Source of the DNA: Clostridia bacterium
GTDB lineage: Bacteria; Bacillota; Clostridia; Oscillospirales; CAG-272
Direction: 5' to 3'
Length of the DNA: 64,000 nucleotides
Assembly: GCA_017399305.1 (NCBI GenBank)
Contig: JAFQDK010000041.1
Span: forward strand, 9,504-73,503
Made by a program: the position numbers and the translations under genes. Positions 1 through 7,789 of this stretch are shown here, piece after piece (positions within the stretch are counted from its first letter, which is position 1; every line of letters begins with the position of its first letter). The notes beneath the pieces were generated by a model. That model saw only the letters and a list, made by a program, of their open reading frames with translations. It was not told where the DNA came from and searched no databases.

Positions 1-267
1 GAAAGCGAGCTTGGGTGGAAGAAATCGACCACATTTACCGTGCTTCGCCGCCTTTCTGAGAAAGGGATTTTTCAGAATAACGGCGGCACAGTAACATCGC
101 TTATTTCAAAAGATGAGTTTTACTCTATGCAAAGCGAAAAGTTCGTTGAGGAAACCTTTGACGGCTCGCTCCCTGCCTTTTTGGCAGCATTTACAAAGCG
201 TAAAAGCCTGACCAAAGAAGAGGTGGCATCGCTACGCAAAATGGTAGCAGAATATGAGGAGGACTAA
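1..267 (+). CDS. BlaI/MecI/CopY-family transcriptional repressor, C-terminal part (5' end outside window)
   Basis: Frame 1 is open from nt 1 (ESELGWKKSTTFTVLRRLSEKG...), a winged-helix segment typical of BlaI-type repressors. Its stop abuts the ATG of an M56 BlaR1-like gene (TAAATG). Confidence 0.75.
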   Translation, partial: ESELGWKKSTTFTVLRRLSEKGIFQNNGGTVTSLISKDEFYSMQSEKFVEETFDGSLPAFLAAFTKRKSLTKEEVASLRKMVAEYEED

Positions 268-2277
268 ATGTATAGCATCTTTTTAAAGCTTATCAATATG
301 AGTATTGCGGCAAGCTGGCTTGTACTTGCAGTAATACTGCTTCGCCTTGTGCTGAAAAAAGCCCCCAAAGCAATAATGTGCATCATGTGGGCTATCGTGG
401 CGATAAGGCTGGTCTGTCCGTTTTCATTTGAAAGCAAACTAAGTCTGATTCCAAGCGTAGAAACCATACCGAGCGATATCATATATGCACGGGAACCGAA
501 AATTCATACGGGTATACAGTTTCTCAATTCTGCAGTAAACCCAATTATTACCGAAAGCTTTGCGCCCAAAGACACGCTTACAAGTATAAATCCGATCCAA
601 TTCTGGCTGCTTGTGGCAGAACAGATATGGCTGATCGGCATGTTGGCAATGCTTGTATACACGGTTATAAGCTTCATCCGCATTTATCTCAGAGTACGCG
701 AAGCTGTAAAAGTTGGTGACATATGGCTGTGTGACAATATCGACACCCCGTTTATCCTTGGCGTTTTTCGACCTAAAATATATGTACCGTCAACCATGAG
801 CGAAAGCGACATTGAATATGTCACAGCGCATGAAAAGGCGCACATAAAGCGCCGCGACTATATATGGAAACCGCTTGGATTTGCGATTTTGACTGTATAC
901 TGGTTCAATCCTGTAATGTGGATTGCATATATCCTGCTTTGCCGCGACATTGAACTTGCGTGCGATGAAAAGGTACTGAGAGAAAAGGGAACAGAGATTA
1001 AAAAGGCGTATTCCGATGCGCTTATAAACGCAAGCGTGCCACGCAAACTTATTTCTGCCTGTCCGCTTGCCTTTGGCGAAACCTCGGTTAAATCGAGGGT
1101 TAAAAGTGTGCTAAGCTACAAAAAGCCTGCTTTTTGGATAATCATAGTCGCCTTAGCCGCATGTGCCGTCACCGCCATGTGCTTTTTGACAAATCCGAAA
1201 GAGGACGAAAAAATCACTTTCAACGGCGCACCGCTTACTTTTGACAAAGAGGACGTATATGTGTTTTACCCCAAAGAGCTCGTGTATGATAGTCCGGTTT
1301 TTTCTTCAATTGGCTTTTTGGCCCCCACTTTGAAATACAGATTGCGCGGAGATATGACATTTGAGGAAATCCGAAATGACATTATCACCGAGCTTGGACA
1401 AATGACAGAGATTAAACTTTCAGAAGATACATTTGAGCTTATCTATTATGATGAATTAAAAGTAGAGCTTATAGAAAACAATCGTCGTTCATGGAAATGC
1501 AGTTCGCCTAAGGGAGATTATACATATACATATATTCTTTTTGAACAGAATGACGGCACATATTATATTTTTGACGGTATCAGATATATCTACCGTGTCA
1601 ATAAAGAGCGGCAGTCTTACATATCGCAGATAAGCGAGGTCGGCGGATATAATATTTATAAATACCATAGTTCGCCTGACCCCATGACACCGTCTTTGAA
1701 TTTATACGATAATCCGAAAACATTCACTTTCAGTTGGTCGGGCTTTAGCTCATACTTTGCCGTAGGCAAATATGAACTTGACGGTGAAACGCTTACACTC
1801 AAAACCGATGACGGATTGAATACGTACATTTTTGACGTTGTTGGTGATACATATGTATTTGATGCATCACGCTCGTCAATGATACCGAGCTATAAATATT
1901 CTGACGATGCACCGAGTGTCGAGTGCCCTGTACCTGATGGTGCAGTGTTTGAGTTTGACACTTACATGGAACGCTTCAGTATGATATCCGACAGCGCATT
2001 ATTTGACATTGACAGTGACGGCGAGGACGAAACGGTAATCATGAGCATGGGACCGACATCGGGGTTGTTTACGCTTACGTTTACTGTAATCAAAGAAAAC
2101 AGCGACCATTTTGAGAGTGTTGTTTACGGCGGCAACTGGAGCGACTTCTATTTCCATGAGGACGAAAACGGTAAAGTCACATTTTGCACCGTTGATAATG
2201 ACACAGGCGAAAAAACCTACCATGATTTATCATTCAAAGACGGGAATGTGTGTATTAAAGGATTAACGGAGATATAA
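268..2277 (+). CDS. M56-family (BlaR1/MecR1-like) membrane metalloprotease/sensor with a non-PBP C-terminal domain
   Basis: N-terminal TM helices and the HExxH motif 'AHEKAHIKRRD'. An extra TM helix ('FWIIIVALAACAVTAMCFL') precedes an approx. 360-aa C-terminal region with no visible SxxK/KTG motifs. Paired with a BlaI-like gene. Confidence 0.85.
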   Translation: MYSIFLKLINMSIAASWLVLAVILLRLVLKKAPKAIMCIMWAIVAIRLVCPFSFESKLSLIPSVETIPSDIIYAREPKIHTGIQFLNSAVNPIITESFAPKDTLTSINPIQFWLLVAEQIWLIGMLAMLVYTVISFIRIYLRVREAVKVGDIWLCDNIDTPFILGVFRPKIYVPSTMSESDIEYVTAHEKAHIKRRDYIWKPLGFAILTVYWFNPVMWIAYILLCRDIELACDEKVLREKGTEIKKAYSDALINASVPRKLISACPLAFGETSVKSRVKSVLSYKKPAFWIIIVALAACAVTAMCFLTNPKEDEKITFNGAPLTFDKEDVYVFYPKELVYDSPVFSSIGFLAPTLKYRLRGDMTFEEIRNDIITELGQMTEIKLSEDTFELIYYDELKVELIENNRRSWKCSSPKGDYTYTYILFEQNDGTYYIFDGIRYIYRVNKERQSYISQISEVGGYNIYKYHSSPDPMTPSLNLYDNPKTFTFSWSGFSSYFAVGKYELDGETLTLKTDDGLNTYIFDVVGDTYVFDASRSSMIPSYKYSDDAPSVECPVPDGAVFEFDTYMERFSMISDSALFDIDSDGEDETVIMSMGPTSGLFTLTFTVIKENSDHFESVVYGGNWSDFYFHEDENGKVTFCTVDNDTGEKTYHDLSFKDGNVCIKGLTEI

Positions 2278-2298
2278 ATTAATGATTACGCGATTAAC

Positions 2299-2358
2299 GC
2301 CGCGATGCGGCTACACCTCATCAGTCAGCTACGCTGACAGCTTCCCCTCAAGGGAAAG
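2299..2358 (+). repeat. Intergenic multi-hairpin element (GCCGC-gat-GCGGC; GTCAGC-tac-GCTGAC; TTCCC-ctcaa-GGGAA)
   Basis: The stems are directly readable. The same two-hairpin layout, joined by GAC-AGC, recurs at 5444-5479. Confidence 0.6.
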
Positions 2359-2371
2359 CCTAAAAATCTGT

Positions 2372-2405
2372 AAAAAAGCCTAACGCATAAGCGTTAGGCT
2401 TTTTT
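2372..2405. terminator. Bidirectional intrinsic terminator
   Basis: AAAAAAGCCTAACGC-ataa-GCGTTAGGCTTTTTT lies between convergent genes. Confidence 0.75.
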
Positions 2406-2719
2406 CATTCTGCGTCTTCATCAAGTGTTTCGAGCAAAAAGCTCACGGGGCGAAAGCCGTCATTGCAAGATATCATGGCGGACTTTTCATTTTTCATCCA
2501 ACCGTCATAGAAGTTGCCGCCGCCATTTGCGAGCACTTGCACAAACTGTGACATACTCTCCCACGCACTGTCACAAAAGCCTTCGGGCTTTTCAAAACCG
2601 TTTGCAACGAATACGTCGCCTACCTTGATATCGCATGCATGCTCAATTGGGTTTTCGTACTTTTCCATAAGGTCGGCATATACCGTTTGCCGCATGGCTG
2701 TAATTTTTACTTTTTTCAT
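2405..2719 (-). CDS. TIGR04076-family small protein
   Basis: 104 aa with 'PEGFCDSAW' and 'ISCNDGFRPVSFLLE', the pattern I associate with TIGR04076. AGGAG RBS 6 nt upstream. Confidence 0.65.
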   Translation of the reverse strand: MKKVKITAMRQTVYADLMEKYENPIEHACDIKVGDVFVANGFEKPEGFCDSAWESMSQFVQVLANGGGNFYDGWMKNEKSAMISCNDGFRPVSFLLETLDEDAE

Positions 2720-2728
2720 ACTCTACTC

Positions 2729-2860
2729 CTAAAAAAGGTTGACAGGACCAAAAAAGTTCTCGTCTAAAAAATGTGTCTTTTGCCAATTGGGATCATACAT
2801 GTCATTGTATCTGTTGAAAGACCACATTTTTTCATACTGCGTTCCCTTGCTCATATGCAT
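2729..2860 (-). CDS. Candidate small ORF (41-43 aa), aromatic/Asn/Asp-rich, unknown function
   Basis: My own translation: M(HM)SKGTQYEKMWSFNRYNDMYDPNWQKTHFLDENFFGPVNLF*. AAGGA lies upstream of the second ATG (2854). The TAG stop sits inside the RBS of the next gene. Below the ORF-track size cutoff. Confidence 0.3.
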   Translation of the reverse strand: MHMSKGTQYEKMWSFNRYNDMYDPNWQKTHFLDENFFGPVNLF

Positions 2861-2864
2861 CCTT

Positions 2865-3182
2865 TTAGCGAAACGCTGATTTCAATTTTTTCAAGAAGCC
2901 GTGCAATTCATGGGCAAATACGGCTACAGGATTTTCGCCTTGTGTCAAACGAAAAATGCTTCTTTTCTGCTTTTTGCCAAACCATGATAAAAAAGGAATG
3001 CAGTAAGTCCACTTTGACAAAATGTAAGTAGCAGACATGACAGTTCCTTCGCCTTTGCAAAGTTCTATATCCTGCCACCTGTTCATAAAGCCAAGTTTTC
3101 CCTGATACACAAGAGTTTTGTCATAGTAGACATCATAAAGTTGTTTAACATCCGATGCGGTCTGAACAACTTCGATTATCAT
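2865..3182 (-). CDS. Hypothetical protein (105 aa from the internal ATG)
   Basis: The track ORF 2865-3251 overlaps the helicase. The ATG at 3182 lies 1 nt after the helicase stop (MIIEVVQTASDVKQLYDVYYDK...). No motif recognised. Confidence 0.5.
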   Translation of the reverse strand: MIIEVVQTASDVKQLYDVYYDKTLVYQGKLGFMNRWQDIELCKGEGTVMSATYILSKWTYCIPFLSWFGKKQKRSIFRLTQGENPVAVFAHELHGFLKKLKSAFR

Positions 3183-3183
3183 A

Positions 3184-5346
3184 TCAACTCTCCTGACATA
3201 TCTCCAGTTTTGCTCGCTGTGAAACCAGGCGCGGGGTGTCGATGCCGTCAAACTGTATCATATAGGCTGATTTTTCTGTATCGATATCCACCACTGTTCC
3301 CTCGCCGAGAATAGGATGCTTTATACGAGAGCCAACCGCAATAAGCGTTTGCTCGGTCTCCTCTTTTAGCCATTTTCCACTATTCTCAATATGCACTTTT
3401 GCTTCTTCAATAAGGCTTGCGCGCGGCTTTGGAACATAGTTTAAAAGTCGGTCGTCTATATCCAATATAAAGCGCGACGGGTAACGCGGTGTACCGTCAA
3501 AATTGCGGCCGTCAGCCTCAGTGATATACAGCATCTTTTTAGCTCTTGTCACGGCTACAAACGCAAGACGCCGCTCCTCTTCCATAGCCTGTATACTCTG
3601 CGTTTTGCGCGTTGGGAACACGCCTTCATTCATTGCACAAAGAAATACATAGTTAAATTCAAGTCCTTTGGCTGTATGAACCGTCATAAGCTTTACCTTA
3701 TCGCCGGTGTCCTCTGCATCGCTGTTTGTGAACAGCGCGACATGCGCAAGATAATGAGAGAGCGTGCTCTCCTCTCCGCAGGATATCTCATAATCATGAA
3801 CCGACTGTTTCAGCTCTGCAAGATTGTCAAGTCTATCTTGCGCGCCCTCTGTGCGAAGCATCTTTTCATATCCGCTGTCGCTAAGGATAGCCGCAAGCAC
3901 CTCGGATATTTGCCTATCCTCATACTGTGCTGCAAACTTCTCTATAAGCTCTACAAACTTCGCCGCCCTCGTACCTTTGAATATCTCATTGTCAAGCGTA
4001 GCAACCAATGCTTCATAAAGCGTACACGAATTTGCCTCGGCGTATTCAGAAAGAAACTGCATACGCCGCTTGCCAAGGTTTCGCTTAGGGCGGTTTGCAA
4101 TACGCGCAAATGACAGATCATCCTTATACGCTATCATTCGCAAATATGAAAGTGCGTCCTTTATCTCCATACGGTTAAAGAACTGAGTACCACTGTAAAT
4201 TGTATACGGTATCTGCTCCTTTAAAAATGCTTCCTCAATACTGCGAGTAACATAATGCGCGCGGTATAGCACCGTTATATCGCGATAAACAATTCCCTTT
4301 TCACAAAACTTTTTTATCTCGTTGGCTATCCACACAGCCTCCGCCTCGGAATTATCACCATGGTGACAAATAACCGTGTCGCCGCTCGGCAATGTTGGAA
4401 CAAGTTGCTTTTCAATACGGTTTTTATTCTTACCGATAAGTGAATTTGCAACCGCAAGTATCTCGGGAGTTGAGCGATAATTCTGCATCATCATTATCGT
4501 TTTAACATTTGGAAAATTCTTGTCAAAATCCAAAAGATAGCGCACCCTTGCACCACGCCATGTGTAAATGGTCTGGTCCGGGTCACCAACGATAAACAAA
4601 TTCTTATGGTATGCACAAAGCACTTCCATAAGCCTGTACTGCAAGTCGTCTATGTCCTGAAACTCATCTATCATGATATATTCAAGACGCTTTTGCCACT
4701 TGAGTCTAATATCCTCGTTTTCTTCAAATATGTACAGCGAAAACTTAATGAGGTCATTATAATCTAGGGCAAAACACTTCTTTTCCTGATAGAGATAACC
4801 GTAAAAGATTATATCTGCGGCAGTCTGTGCCTTATCATACTTGTCGCGCAGTGTGTCAAGCGACATCTCTATCATGTCAAGGTAATACTCGGGCTCCTTG
4901 ATGCACTTGCGTATCTCTATCATGTCGCGCGCGTTTGAATAGGTCATATCGCGCAAAGTCAGCCCTCGCTCCTCGTAGATGATACCAAGCATATCGTCAA
5001 TATCCGAATTATCAAGAACAATAAAGCTTTTAGGATACTGCACAGCATAGCTGTCTTCCTGTAAGACAGACACACAAAAGCCGTGGAATGTGTTTATGTA
5101 ACCTGTATCGTTATCGCCTGTCAGATTGTGAATACGCTGACGCATCTCATTTGCAGATTTATTGGTAAATGTCACGCAAAGGATATTCGATGGCAATATA
5201 CCCATCTCATTTACAAGATAAGCAAAGCGATGAGAAAGTGCGCGAGTCTTGCCCGAACCTGCCCCTGCAATAACACGAACAAATCCCTCGGTAGAGGTAA
5301 CCGCCTCGCGCTGGGCATCATTTAGTTTTTCAAGAATATCATACAT
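3184..5346 (-). CDS. UvrD/PcrA/Rep-family ATP-dependent DNA helicase
   Basis: Walker A 'AGAGSGKT', 'DEFQD', 'TVHTAKGLEF', and a C-terminal Tudor-like tail 'KHPILGEGTVVDID'. Confidence 0.9.
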   Translation of the reverse strand: MYDILEKLNDAQREAVTSTEGFVRVIAGAGSGKTRALSHRFAYLVNEMGILPSNILCVTFTNKSANEMRQRIHNLTGDNDTGYINTFHGFCVSVLQEDSYAVQYPKSFIVLDNSDIDDMLGIIYEERGLTLRDMTYSNARDMIEIRKCIKEPEYYLDMIEMSLDTLRDKYDKAQTAADIIFYGYLYQEKKCFALDYNDLIKFSLYIFEENEDIRLKWQKRLEYIMIDEFQDIDDLQYRLMEVLCAYHKNLFIVGDPDQTIYTWRGARVRYLLDFDKNFPNVKTIMMMQNYRSTPEILAVANSLIGKNKNRIEKQLVPTLPSGDTVICHHGDNSEAEAVWIANEIKKFCEKGIVYRDITVLYRAHYVTRSIEEAFLKEQIPYTIYSGTQFFNRMEIKDALSYLRMIAYKDDLSFARIANRPKRNLGKRRMQFLSEYAEANSCTLYEALVATLDNEIFKGTRAAKFVELIEKFAAQYEDRQISEVLAAILSDSGYEKMLRTEGAQDRLDNLAELKQSVHDYEISCGEESTLSHYLAHVALFTNSDAEDTGDKVKLMTVHTAKGLEFNYVFLCAMNEGVFPTRKTQSIQAMEEERRLAFVAVTRAKKMLYITEADGRNFDGTPRYPSRFILDIDDRLLNYVPKPRASLIEEAKVHIENSGKWLKEETEQTLIAVGSRIKHPILGEGTVVDIDTEKSAYMIQFDGIDTPRLVSQRAKLEICQES

Positions 5347-5443
5347 ATCCGTTACCTCCTTTTTAAGTATTTTATCATATTTCTTGTCCGATAAATCGGA
5401 CAGCTGCAGCCTGTTTCGGTAAATGACTCATACCACTACCCCA

Positions 5444-5479
5444 GCCGCCGTTCGGCGACAGCCCCCTTTAGGCAAGGGG
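5444..5479 (+). repeat. Second copy of the two-hairpin intergenic element (GCCGCC-gttc-GGCGAC AGC CCCCTT-taggc-AAGGGG)
   Basis: Same architecture and GAC-AGC linker as 2324-2356, but with different stem sequences. Confidence 0.55.
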
Positions 5480-5514
5480 ACCTTTAGTAACATAAACCAT
5501 AATTTATCTTTCTA

Positions 5515-6288
5515 TCATTTTTCCTTATTTAGACTGTCCACAAAGTAAATATCTCTTGCGGTGAGCTCTGCCCATGCAGGAGCAAAGCCACATTTGACAG
5601 CATTGCGGACAGACTTTATATTGCACCATGCGGCACAGTAGAACGGTACTTTATCAAGTGCCAGAATTTCAAGTGCAAGACGACTTGTAAGTGCAGCTGC
5701 TATTCCCTGCCGTCTGTATTCGGGAAGCACATCAACACCGATTTGATACATATCATCACAATCGGCAGAACAGCCTGCAAGTCCGACAAGCTTTTCGCCG
5801 TCATATGCACCGACGCCAAGTACATCGAGTTCCTTTCGCTTTTTGCAAAGAGCATTGCTCCAATCGGGGGTATAAAGGTTTTCGAAATCTTCATTATGAA
5901 GCATGCGAAGCTCATATTTGCAAGGCAAAGCCTTGATCTTATTTACATCAGGCAAAAAATATTCCGCCATAAAGCATACCTTTAGCCCATAAGGTGCAAG
6001 CATCTCATCAAGCGCATGAATATGCGGCGTTTCAAAAGCATGCTCTGTGGGGTATTTGTTTATATATTCGCGCACAACACCTGCAAGTCTCTCGCTTGTC
6101 TGCGCTATAATACCACTTCCGTATGTCACCATATCGCACTCAAACGGAAGCGGCAGATACTTACGTGCTCTTGGGTGTGACTTGGATACTGTAACTATAT
6201 TTTCGCCGGAGAAAAAATCCTCAGCCGCACATCCGCAATCGTATGCAGATTGCTTTAGTGCAATCTCCCATATTTGCTCATTTGTCAT
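5515..6288 (-). CDS. GNAT-family N-acetyltransferase
   Basis: Acetyl-CoA motif 'YRRQGIAAALTSRL'. Its ATG overlaps the def stop (ATGA). Confidence 0.8.
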   Translation of the reverse strand: MTNEQIWEIALKQSAYDCGCAAEDFFSGENIVTVSKSHPRARKYLPLPFECDMVTYGSGIIAQTSERLAGVVREYINKYPTEHAFETPHIHALDEMLAPYGLKVCFMAEYFLPDVNKIKALPCKYELRMLHNEDFENLYTPDWSNALCKKRKELDVLGVGAYDGEKLVGLAGCSADCDDMYQIGVDVLPEYRRQGIAAALTSRLALEILALDKVPFYCAAWCNIKSVRNAVKCGFAPAWAELTARDIYFVDSLNKEK

Positions 6289-6707
6289 ATCAGGATTCCC
6301 TCTAAATGGTCACATTCGTGTTGGATTATCTGCGCGGTCCAACCCGTGAATGTCTTAACACGGGTTTGGAACTCCGCAGTTTCATACTGCACTTTTATTG
6401 TCTGATAACGCTTGGTTTTGCGAGGTCCGCCGAGAAGAGAAAGACATCCCTCCTCAGTATCGTATACCCCACTCTTTTTAACAATTTCGGGATTGAACAT
6501 TATCATGTATTCGCCATCGTTATCAAACACTATTATACGCTTGCGTACACCTATCATGTTAGCCGCCATGCCAACGCAGTTTTCTCTATTTGATATAAGC
6601 GTATCAAGCAGATCGCGTGCAACATCTGCATCCGCTGCCGTGGCAGGTTCTGACTTTTGCGCAAGAAATATAGTATCATGTATTATTTCTTTTATCACGT
6701 TATTCAC
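6285..6707 (-). CDS. def: Peptide deformylase
   Basis: The three def motifs are present: 'GMAANMIGV', 'EGCLS', 'HECDHLEG'. The start is GTG at 6707, or GTG at 6698, which has better AGAGG spacing. Confidence 0.9.
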   Translation of the reverse strand: MNNVIKEIIHDTIFLAQKSEPATAADADVARDLLDTLISNRENCVGMAANMIGVRKRIIVFDNDGEYMIMFNPEIVKKSGVYDTEEGCLSLLGGPRKTKRYQTIKVQYETAEFQTRVKTFTGWTAQIIQHECDHLEGILI

Positions 6708-6763
6708 CTCTATAGATAAAGTATAACAAAAAGCGACACTTTGTTCAAGTGTCGCCTTGTTAT

Positions 6764-7564
6764 TTACGGATCACAGCGCTTGCACGGTACAAAGCCTTGC
6801 GAGATTATCACATCACGCCCTGCGTTGCTTTCCTTATAATTCTTCGGCTTTATAGTATCAACACTGCTACAGCTCATTCTATGAAACTTTTTGGTGTTTG
6901 TATTAAGTACATACGTCGCACCGGAAACATACTCGGGCTGTTTTTCTGCAGTTGCTTTTGTCGTTTCTTTAGTAGTTTGCTCGGTAGTTGTTACTACCGT
7001 TGTTTCCTCTGTAGTTGCTTCAGTAGTTGCTGTCGTTGTTTCCTCTGTAGTTGCTTCGGTAGTTGCTGTCGTTGTTTCATCAACAGTTGCTTCGGTAGTT
7101 GTTACTACAGTTGTAACTTCAAAAGTAATCTCCGCAGTTGTAGCGACAGTTGTCTCCACCACCGCATCAGTCAGTAGAACATTGACAGTAGTAGCTTCAG
7201 CGATCGTTGTATTTTCAGCAGCTACTTCAGTTGTTGTCTTGGGTATTATACCGGCAACATTCATTGACAAATCATTTTTTGAGATAGATTTGCCTGTATC
7301 GCTGCTTTCACCTGTTGCCGCACCTACGATAAGCGACACGCTTCCGACTACAACAAAGCAAGCAATAATAACAGCCATAGCTGCATCTTTAAGCTTAAAC
7401 TTTTCTTTTATAAAATCGTGTATGCGCGTTTCCGGCAACAGAAGAAGTGATGCCAAACCAAATGCAAATGTGTGCACTCCGAAACCGAATACACAAGCAA
7501 GCAATATACATGTCATCGCACCAATCCACTCAAAGAAAACGCCAATCTTTTTCAACTTTTCCAT
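6764..7564 (-). CDS. Membrane protein with a Thr-rich linker and a C-terminal Ada-like Cys/His zinc motif
   Basis: N-terminal TM helices, the low-complexity run 'TTEATTEETTTATTEATTEETT', and a C-terminus 'KKFHRMSCSS...GFVPCKRCDP'. Preferred over the mirror ORF 6891-7682. Confidence 0.6.
   Translation of the reverse strand: MEKLKKIGVFFEWIGAMTCILLACVFGFGVHTFAFGLASLLLLPETRIHDFIKEKFKLKDAAMAVIIACFVVVGSVSLIVGAATGESSDTGKSISKNDLSMNVAGIIPKTTTEVAAENTTIAEATTVNVLLTDAVVETTVATTAEITFEVTTVVTTTEATVDETTTATTEATTEETTTATTEATTEETTVVTTTEQTTKETTKATAEKQPEYVSGATYVLNTNTKKFHRMSCSSVDTIKPKNYKESNAGRDVIISQGFVPCKRCDP
6999..7081. repeat. 36-bp tandem repeat, about 2.3 copies, inside the Thr-rich linker
   Basis: CGTTGTTTCCTCTGTAGTTGCTTC(A/G)GTAGTTGCTGT at 6999-7034 and 7035-7070, with a partial third copy. 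Confidence 0.85.
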
Positions 7565-7726
7565 GTCAGCTCCTGTAGAAATTTGTCATTATGTACGATT
7601 TTACCACAAACACAACACAAATTCAAGAGTAAACCTATCTTACAATGACATTATTTACATTTCAGCCATGAAGTATTTTTAACATATTCCGCAAAAAACT
7701 TTACAAGCGACTTAAAAAAACTTGCA

Positions 7727-7755
7727 TTGACCGATATGGCAAAGTATGGTATACT
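7727..7755 (+). promoter_or_regulatory. Sigma-A-type promoter of the phosphofructokinase gene
   Basis: TTGACC (7727-7732), a 17-nt spacer, then extended -10 TGgTATACT (7747-7755). Confidence 0.5.
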
Positions 7756-7789
7756 GATTATGTTAATAAAAACTGAATGGAGAATTCAA

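Noticed and set aside
3184-5346. The UvrD-type helicase with small unknown partners, considered as an anti-phage defence system.
   Set aside because: There is no nuclease, ATPase partner, methylase or toxin-like domain next to it. The helicase has the housekeeping PcrA/UvrD layout with an RNAP-binding-like C-terminal tail. The idea is retained only as context for the small-ORF finding.
6891-7682. A 263-aa plus-strand ORF overlapping the Thr-rich membrane protein.
   Set aside because: It is the mirror image of the Thr-codon repeat, read as Val/Ser runs. The minus-strand product has TM helices and a structured C-terminal zinc motif, so it is preferred.
7727-7789. N-terminal extensions in the ORF track. 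Examples are 7727 for pfp, 23710 for GH172, 25782 for the SBP, 48077 for the WG protein, 59894, 59144, 56097, 11001 and 3251.
   Set aside because: In each case an internal ATG preceded by a GGAG/GGAGG RBS gives a sensible N-terminus, either a signal peptide or the conserved family start. The upstream Met codons overlap promoters or neighbouring genes.
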